A stretch of DNA of 64,000 nt from Acutalibacteraceae bacterium. Its GTDB lineage: Bacteria; Bacillota_I; Bacilli_A; RFN20; CAG-449. The position numbers and the translations under genes were made by a program. The notes under the pieces were generated by a model. It did not search any database, was not told where the DNA came from, and saw nothing but the letters and a program-made list of their open reading frames with translations. Location: the NCBI GenBank assembly GCA_963610315.1, contig CAVDMV010000003.1, forward strand, positions 39,146-103,145, read 5' to 3'. This document shows, one piece after another, positions 58,542 through 64,000 of this stretch (the stretch's first letter is position 1; each line of letters opens with the position of its first letter).

Positions 58542-59611
58542 TGGAAAATGAAGAAGTAGTAACAAAAGAACTTGCTTCTAGTGATAAAAAATGTCCTACT
58601 TGTGCTTCGGAATTAAGTTTTGATCCTAAAACAAAAAAATTAAAATGTTGTTCATGTGGTAACACTTATGAATTTGATCAAGTTTTAAACAATGATAAAC
58701 ATGATTTAAATTTAGAAGAACAAAGTATCTCTACTAAAGAATGGGCTAATGAATCTAAGTTAGTAAAATGTTCTTCATGTGGGGCTAATATCATGATTAA
58801 TGGTTTAGCTATCACACAAGAATGTCCTTACTGCGGTTCTAAATATATCGTTGAAACTGATGAAGTTCCAGGTTTAAAACCTGACTGCGTCGTTCCATTT
58901 GCTTTTGATCAAGAAGATGCAAAAATCAAATTTAAATCAAAGATTAAAGGTAAGTTCTTTGTCCCTCATAAATTAAAAAAAGAATTCAAAGATGCTGATA
59001 TTAAAGGCATCTATATTCCTGCTTTCTCATTTGATGGAGAAACTAGATCTACTTATCACGGTACTGTTCAAGTATCTAAACAAGTCAAAACTAAAGATGG
59101 TTATAAAACAGTTTATGAAACTAGACCAATCTCTGGAACTTATGATTATGATTATTGTAACTTATTAGTTGAATCATCAACACAAATTAATAACGAACAA
59201 TTATCATCGATTACTCCATATAATCTTCATGAATCATATGCTTATAACAATGATTTCTTAAGAGGATATTATGTAGAACAATACGTTGATACTATTAAAG
59301 ATTGTCATTCTGTCGCAGAAAGTAGAGTTGGAAGTGATATTAAATCAGGTATTTCAAGTAAATATTCTGGTACCGTCACTTCATTATTTGTTGATACACA
59401 TTATTCAAACGAAAAATATAATTATCAATTATTACCTCTTTATTATGTTTCATTCTTATATAAAGAAAAAAGATATACAGCTTTAATGAATGGTCAAACT
59501 GGTAAAGTTGGTAAAGGATTACCTATTTCTAAATTAAAAGTCGCTCTTGTTGTATTTGTTGTATTAGTACTCATTGCACTTGTTGTATTCTTCATTATGA
59601 AATCAGAATAG
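58541..59611 (+). CDS. double zinc-ribbon protein with C-terminal transmembrane anchor
   Basis: TAATG stop/start overlap with the SPFH gene; CPTC...CCSCG and CSSCG...CPYCG ribbons; C-terminal hydrophobic helix. Confidence 0.6.
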   Translation: MENEEVVTKELASSDKKCPTCASELSFDPKTKKLKCCSCGNTYEFDQVLNNDKHDLNLEEQSISTKEWANESKLVKCSSCGANIMINGLAITQECPYCGSKYIVETDEVPGLKPDCVVPFAFDQEDAKIKFKSKIKGKFFVPHKLKKEFKDADIKGIYIPAFSFDGETRSTYHGTVQVSKQVKTKDGYKTVYETRPISGTYDYDYCNLLVESSTQINNEQLSSITPYNLHESYAYNNDFLRGYYVEQYVDTIKDCHSVAESRVGSDIKSGISSKYSGTVTSLFVDTHYSNEKYNYQLLPLYYVSFLYKEKRYTALMNGQTGKVGKGLPISKLKVALVVFVVLVLIALVVFFIMKSE

Positions 59612-59625
59612 AAAGGGGATTTAAA

Positions 59626-60003
59626 ATGAATAAAGTAAAAAGAAATAAAAAAATATACGCTATTATTGCCGCGGTAATTCTTGTTCTTGGTATTGGTTCA
59701 CTAGTCGGATCAGTATTTACATTAATTGCAGGAATTAGTAAATTCGGTCAAGAAAATCAATTAGTTTCCGCGATTATCGTTACCGTTGTTGGAGTATTAT
59801 TAGTTTTACTTGGAGGATTCTTAGTCGTCCTAGGTATTTATCATTTATGGATTGCTTCTGCATTAAAAGCAACAGATGGTAATATCGCTGAAGGAAATGA
59901 TCTTGCGAATAAAACAATCAACGCGAAAAAATGTCCTAAATGCGGCTGCACAAATACTCCTGGAGTAGATGTTTGCCAAAGTTGTGGTACAAAATTAGAT
60001 TAA
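59626..60003 (+). CDS. small two-TM membrane protein with C-terminal zinc ribbon
   Basis: GGGG RBS; two hydrophobic helices; CPKCGC...CQSCG. Confidence 0.6.
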   Translation: MNKVKRNKKIYAIIAAVILVLGIGSLVGSVFTLIAGISKFGQENQLVSAIIVTVVGVLLVLLGGFLVVLGIYHLWIASALKATDGNIAEGNDLANKTINAKKCPKCGCTNTPGVDVCQSCGTKLD

Positions 60004-60007
60004 GAAT

Positions 60008-60034
60008 AAAGCTTGGCTCTCGCCAAGCTTTTTA
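60008..60034 (+). terminator. Rho-independent terminator of the SPFH operon
   Basis: AAGCTTGGCtctCGCCAAGCTT followed by TTT. Confidence 0.75.
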
Positions 60035-60379
60035 GTTATCAATATGATTCATGACGCGATGAGTAAGCTCGTAACTTGCTTCATCCATCTTTCTTTTATG
60101 AATTTTAATATTAACAAAATGATAGATCCAAATCGCTAATAAAACAGTTGAAACGCCTAATAAAACCATAGATATAGTAAATAAGATAATATATGTTGTA
60201 TCTCTAGGTTTTGAATCTGAATATATTCCGGCTACAACAAAAAATAAAATAATACCTATCACATATCCTAAAATATAAAATAAAGCTAAGAATTTACTTT
60301 TCTTCTCATGGAGTAAGTAAATTCTTTTTTCTTCATCTCTAATTTTTATTAATTCTTCATTTCTAGTCATATTTTTCAC
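60032..60379 (-). CDS. small membrane protein (115 aa), hypothetical
   Basis: Two predicted TM helices; no homolog recognised. Confidence 0.4.
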   Translation of the reverse strand: MKNMTRNEELIKIRDEEKRIYLLHEKKSKFLALFYILGYVIGIILFFVVAGIYSDSKPRDTTYIILFTISMVLLGVSTVLLAIWIYHFVNIKIHKRKMDEASYELTHRVMNHIDN

Positions 60380-60460
60380 CTATTTATTAGTTAGTCTAAA
60401 GTAAAAGTCTCTTCTTTTCAATAATATATGTTTTAAATATCTATTTATCTTATTTTTCTT

Positions 60461-60494
60461 AAAAAAGCCATCTAGTTTTATTCACTAGATGGCT
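60461..60494 (-). terminator. Rho-independent terminator of guaA
   Basis: AGCCATCTAGtgaataaaaCTAGATGGCT followed by TTTTTT on the minus strand. Confidence 0.65.
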
Positions 60495-60511
60495 AAAAAA
60501 TTTATTAAAAT

Positions 60512-62038
60512 CTATTCAAATTCAATTGTCGCAGGTGGTTTACTAGTTACATCATAAAGTACACGGTTAACATTATGTACTTCATTAACAATTCGTCTAG
60601 AAACGACATCTAAGACATCATAAGGAATTTTTGCCCAGTCAGCCGTCATTCCATCAATAGAAGTTACGGCACGAATCGCGACTGAATAAGAATATGATCT
60701 TTGATCGCCCATAACCCCAACTGATTTATTATCAAGTAAAACAGTAAAATATTGCCATACTGATTTATCTAATCCAGCTTTCTTAAATTCTTCTCTTAAG
60801 ATTGCGTCACTATCTCTAACAATTTCAAGTTTATCTTCAGTGATATCACCAATAATTCTAATTGCTAAACCAGGTCCTGGAAAAGGTTGTCTATTGACGA
60901 GTTCATCATCAATTCCTAATGCTTTACCAAGTCTTCTAACTTCATCCTTAAATAATTTATTTAATGGTTCGAGAAGTTGGAATTTCATATCTTTAGGAAG
61001 ACCACCGACATTGTGATGTGATTTAATTGTTTGAGCCGTTTTTGTTCCTGATTCAATGACATCAGTATATAAAGTTCCTTGCGCTAAGAAAGAATAATCA
61101 CCGATTTTTGCTGATTCTTCATCGAATACTTTAACGAATGTATTACCAATGATTTTTCTCTTCTTTTCAGGTTCTCTAACATCTTTTAATAAGCCTAAGA
61201 ATAATTCACTCGCATCGATTTTTACTACATCAATGCCGAATTTCTTAAATCTTTCCATGACAATTTTAGCTTCGTCTTTTCTAAGTAGGCCATGGTCAAT
61301 AAACATACATTTTAATTGTGAACCGATCGCTTTTGAAATAAGTACTGCCGCGACAGTTGAATCTACTCCGCCGGAAATACCAAGTAGTACGTTCTTATCT
61401 TGAACTTTTTCTTTAATCGCTTTAATTTGTTCTTGAATATATGTATCCATATTCCAAGTACATGCACATTTACAAACTTTAACAACAAAGTTCTTTAAAA
61501 TTTGGAATCCACATTCTGAGTTATTAACTTCAGGATGGAATTGAACTGCATAAATATTTCTTGTTGTATCTTGAATACTAGCGATTGGACAATCAGTAGT
61601 TTTTGCAAGTACTTCAAAGCCTTTAGGTGCTTCAAAAACTCCATCTCCATGACTCATCCAAACGATTTGAGATTGTTTAGTTTCAGAAAAGATTATTGAA
61701 TCCTTAATAACGTTTAATTCTTTTCCCCCGTATTCTTTATTAACACAAGGTTTAACGCTTCCGCCGAAATGATGTGAAATATATTGCATACCATAGCAAA
61801 TGCCAAGAACTGGTACACCTAAAGAAAAGATTTCATCGTTACATCTAAATGATTTTGGATCATAAACTGAATTAGGTCCGCCGGAAAGGATAATTCCTTT
61901 GACGTTCTTACTTTTAATTTCTTCAATCGTAATATCGTAACTAACTAGTTCTGAAAATACTCCCATATCACGTATTCTACGTGCGATTAGTTGGTTGTAT
62001 TGACTACCAAAATCAATTACTAAGATTTCTTCTTCCAT
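60512..62038 (-). CDS. guaA: GMP synthase (glutamine-hydrolysing)
   Basis: Class I GATase N-domain plus ATP pyrophosphatase (SGGVDS) and dimerisation domain; ATG start (MEEEIL) with GGGAGG RBS, downstream of the TTG used by the ORF track. Confidence 0.93.
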   Translation of the reverse strand: MEEEILVIDFGSQYNQLIARRIRDMGVFSELVSYDITIEEIKSKNVKGIILSGGPNSVYDPKSFRCNDEIFSLGVPVLGICYGMQYISHHFGGSVKPCVNKEYGGKELNVIKDSIIFSETKQSQIVWMSHGDGVFEAPKGFEVLAKTTDCPIASIQDTTRNIYAVQFHPEVNNSECGFQILKNFVVKVCKCACTWNMDTYIQEQIKAIKEKVQDKNVLLGISGGVDSTVAAVLISKAIGSQLKCMFIDHGLLRKDEAKIVMERFKKFGIDVVKIDASELFLGLLKDVREPEKKRKIIGNTFVKVFDEESAKIGDYSFLAQGTLYTDVIESGTKTAQTIKSHHNVGGLPKDMKFQLLEPLNKLFKDEVRRLGKALGIDDELVNRQPFPGPGLAIRIIGDITEDKLEIVRDSDAILREEFKKAGLDKSVWQYFTVLLDNKSVGVMGDQRSYSYSVAIRAVTSIDGMTADWAKIPYDVLDVVSRRIVNEVHNVNRVLYDVTSKPPATIEFE

Positions 62039-62055
62039 AAAGCCTCCCAAAGAAC

Positions 62056-62078
62056 ATAAAAAAGGGCTATGTGCCCTT
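62056..62078 (-). terminator. intrinsic terminator/attenuator about 20 nt upstream of the guaA RBS
   Basis: AAGGGCacataGCCCTT followed by TTTTTT on the minus strand. Confidence 0.55.
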
Positions 62079-62130
62079 ATTTTATAAATAATATAGATTT
62101 GTTACACAAAAAGAATTAATAGAGATATTA

Positions 62131-62232
62131 TTAGTTTTCATTCTTAATTCTTTTTCCATACATCTCCATGCCCAAGTATAGATCGATAAATAAGATTTCC
62201 CCCGATAGTCGAAGTCCACCTACCATAATCAT
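62131..62232 (-). CDS. putative 33-aa leader ORF (MIMVGGLRLSGEILFIDLYLGMEMYGKRIKNEN) between riboswitch aptamer and terminator
   Basis: Strong GGGGGAGG RBS 5 nt upstream of the ATG; no homolog recognised. Confidence 0.25.
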   Translation of the reverse strand: MIMVGGLRLSGEILFIDLYLGMEMYGKRIKNEN

Positions 62233-62256
62233 TAATCCTCCCCCATAGAGATATTA

Positions 62257-62327
62257 ATATCGTAGTCTCGCTATTTACGGCAGCGAGGTAGAGACTTTCG
62301 AACCAATCATCGAATTTATACGACCAA
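62257..62327 (-). ncRNA. purine riboswitch aptamer, guanine-type (C at the specificity position)
   Basis: Minus strand UCGUAUAA-AUUCGAUGAUUGGUUCGAA-AGUCUCUACC-UCGCUGCCGUAAAUAGCGAG-ACUACGA aligns block by block with the xpt aptamer (UAUAA, UCUACC, CCGUAAAU, GACUACG). Confidence 0.7.
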
Positions 62328-62410
62328 TTACATATTTAGTTTACTTGGTAAGATTGTTTATGTCTATATCAATTTTTTGAAAGCGATTTCATGAGCTTTC
62401 AACTATTCAA

Positions 62411-63847
62411 TTATTCTTCCTCTTTTGTTTCTTCTCCTGCTGGAGCAGTAACAACATCTTTAGGATCTCTTAAAGCTAAGTTAACCGCGATACCAAGTAA
62501 CATACTTACTGCAGTTGAAGTAATTGTAATTGCTGGATCATAAGCATCACCAAATTTTAATGATAGACCGCCGATACCTGAAACTAAGATAACACTTGCG
62601 ATAAAGATATTTTTAGATACATTGAAATCAACTTTTTCTTGAATGAGCATTTTAACACCGCTTGAAGCGATAAATCCATAAAGAATTAATGATACACCAC
62701 CAGTAACACAACCTGGAATTGTTTCAAGTAATGCTGTAAATGGAGTGAAGAAACCAACGACAATTGACATTAATGCTGCAAGGAAAACTACTTTAACTGA
62801 TGCAATACCTGTTGTACCAATAACCGCGACGTTTTCGCCATATGTAGTATTTGCCGCACCACATAAAGCACCTGATAATGCAGTTGCGATACCATCACCT
62901 GTTAATGTTCTCTTTAAGCCTGGTTCACCATTTAATAAATCTCTACCAATGATATTACCTAAGTTTTCATGATCACCGATATGTTCACAAACTGTAACTA
63001 ATGAAACTGGAACGAATAATAAGATAACTTCGCCAATTGTTGCCCAATCAAAGTTCTTAATTGATTCAAATCTTAAGAACATAAATGATTCTGGATCATC
63101 TGGAACAAACATCTTGTAATTAAAGATTGATGAGAAATCAAATTCAGTAAAGATTTTTGTTAATGGAGTGAAATTAACAATATTGAAATATTCATTACCA
63201 CATGCAGTATATCCAATTAAAGTAACAACTACCGCGAAGATATATCCGCTGCCCATACCAATAACGAATGGGATTAAGCTTGCCATCTTACCTTTACCAT
63301 AGTGAGATGCTAAAGCTGTTGCAAATAAAGCGACTAATCCACAAAGAATGGCCATTAAATTATATGATGAATTAGAAGTAGTTAAATTACTAACTGCTGA
63401 ACTAGATAAGCCTAAACCGATGACCATGATGACTGGACCAACAATGACTGGAGGTAAAACTTTATCTAACCAAGAAGTACCAACAAATTTAACAAGTAAA
63501 GCAATAACACAATAAACTAAGCCTACTAGAGCCATACCAATGATTAACGCTAAGTAGTTTCTTCCACCAGCATTATTAATTAAGCCGACTGCTAACGCAC
63601 TTGCCATTGGTGAAATGTAAGCAAAGCTTGAGCTTAAGAAGACTGGTGATTTCATCTTTGTAATTAATAAATAACAAATTGTACCTAGACCTGCTGATAC
63701 TAATGTCGCTGCAATTGGTAAACCTGTAAGAATAGGTACTGTAATACAAGCAACGAGCATTGCAAGAATGTGTTGAATCGCAAAGATAATCCAGTGCGAA
63801 ACTTTTTTAGGTGTTTCTTCAACATCTAGAACTAAGTTCTTTTCCAT
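62411..63847 (-). CDS. nucleobase:cation symporter (NCS2 family; xanthine/uracil permease)
   Basis: About 478 aa, 12-14 TM helices, NCS2 conserved segments; start at MEKNLV after GGGGGAGG RBS. Confidence 0.85.
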   Translation of the reverse strand: MEKNLVLDVEETPKKVSHWIIFAIQHILAMLVACITVPILTGLPIAATLVSAGLGTICYLLITKMKSPVFLSSSFAYISPMASALAVGLINNAGGRNYLALIIGMALVGLVYCVIALLVKFVGTSWLDKVLPPVIVGPVIMVIGLGLSSSAVSNLTTSNSSYNLMAILCGLVALFATALASHYGKGKMASLIPFVIGMGSGYIFAVVVTLIGYTACGNEYFNIVNFTPLTKIFTEFDFSSIFNYKMFVPDDPESFMFLRFESIKNFDWATIGEVILLFVPVSLVTVCEHIGDHENLGNIIGRDLLNGEPGLKRTLTGDGIATALSGALCGAANTTYGENVAVIGTTGIASVKVVFLAALMSIVVGFFTPFTALLETIPGCVTGGVSLILYGFIASSGVKMLIQEKVDFNVSKNIFIASVILVSGIGGLSLKFGDAYDPAITITSTAVSMLLGIAVNLALRDPKDVVTAPAGEETKEEE

Positions 63848-63874
63848 ATTATATCCTCCCCCGTAAATTTTCCT

Positions 63875-63906
63875 AAAAAAAAGGTCAACCGACAATGGTT
63901 GAACCG
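63875..63906 (-). terminator. leader terminator/attenuator immediately upstream of the permease RBS
   Basis: GGTTCAACCattgtCGGTTGACC followed by UUUUUUUU on the minus strand, then the RBS. Confidence 0.5.
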
Positions 63907-64000
63907 TTTTTTATTGAATGGAAAAACTTGAATAGTAAAATTTAGAGAATAAATCCCCGTTAGAAATAGTCATCTTTGATTTTGAAGATGTCTTATTCAT

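Noticed and set aside
710-62972. Many 60-110-aa ORFs antisense to, or nested in, long genes (710-922, 2188-2421, 10879-11064, 14443-14712, 17291-17473, 20052-20249, 23674-23922, 28662-28853, 31509-31700, 32708-32959, 34789-35010, 36653-36886, 37686-38015, 38490-38678, 41188-41436, 41482-41697, 48163-48345, 49975-50175, 59286-59486, 61149-61403, 62745-62972)
   Set aside because: Each lies entirely inside a well-supported conserved gene on the opposite strand, has low-complexity or biased composition (e.g. the Phe-rich mirror of the Glu-rich region), and lacks an RBS.
63911-64000. 29-aa minus-strand ORF starting at the window edge (MNKTSSKSKMTISNGDLF…)
   Set aside because: No RBS visible within the window; lies in the presumptive riboswitch leader of the permease; likely non-coding.
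1-64000. Alternative genetic code (TGA=Trp) as in Mollicutes
   Set aside because: Full-length conserved proteins (AccC, GuaA, PtsI, FruA) end at in-frame stops including TGA and contain only TGG-encoded Trp in the examples checked; standard code 11 fits.

Overview
Low-GC (about 30% GC) Firmicutes-type chromosomal window, standard genetic code (full-length ORFs end at TGA as well as TAA/TAG, and all tryptophans sampled are TGG), densely packed with mostly housekeeping genes. Main blocks are: a cre/CcpA-controlled sugar ABC uptake operon with beta-phosphoglucomutase (2.9-8.7 kb); a c-di-GMP diguanylate cyclase; a LysR / AEC transporter / D-2-hydroxyacid dehydrogenase unit; oligoendopeptidase F; five tRNA genes (Thr, Ser, Glu, Asn, Gly); a long minus-strand fatty-acid-synthesis super-operon (25.1-37.3 kb: acpS, ACP, KS didomain, fabG, fabZ, flavoprotein, ACP, accBCDA, fabD, birA, thioesterase, HAD) directly contiguous with a fructose PTS operon (fruR-fruK-fruA-ptsH-ptsI, 37.4-43.0 kb); an iron-chelate ABC importer; a large activase/dehydratase-like gene pair coupled to ybaK and an M42 peptidase; an SPFH/zinc-ribbon membrane trio; and guaA preceded by a guanine riboswitch and a nucleobase permease. 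The most unusual content is in the FAS cluster: a fused ketosynthase plus catalytically dead KS-like (chain-length-factor-like) didomain protein, an iron-sulfur-flavoprotein-type gene where an enoyl-ACP reductase would be expected, no fabH in the cluster, and three ACP genes in the window. Other points worth a second look are degenerate inverted tRNA-Asn/Glu remnants beside the functional pair, a riboswitch-sORF-terminator leader in front of guaA, and several uncharacterised membrane modules. No CRISPR array, rRNA genes or clear transposase were seen.
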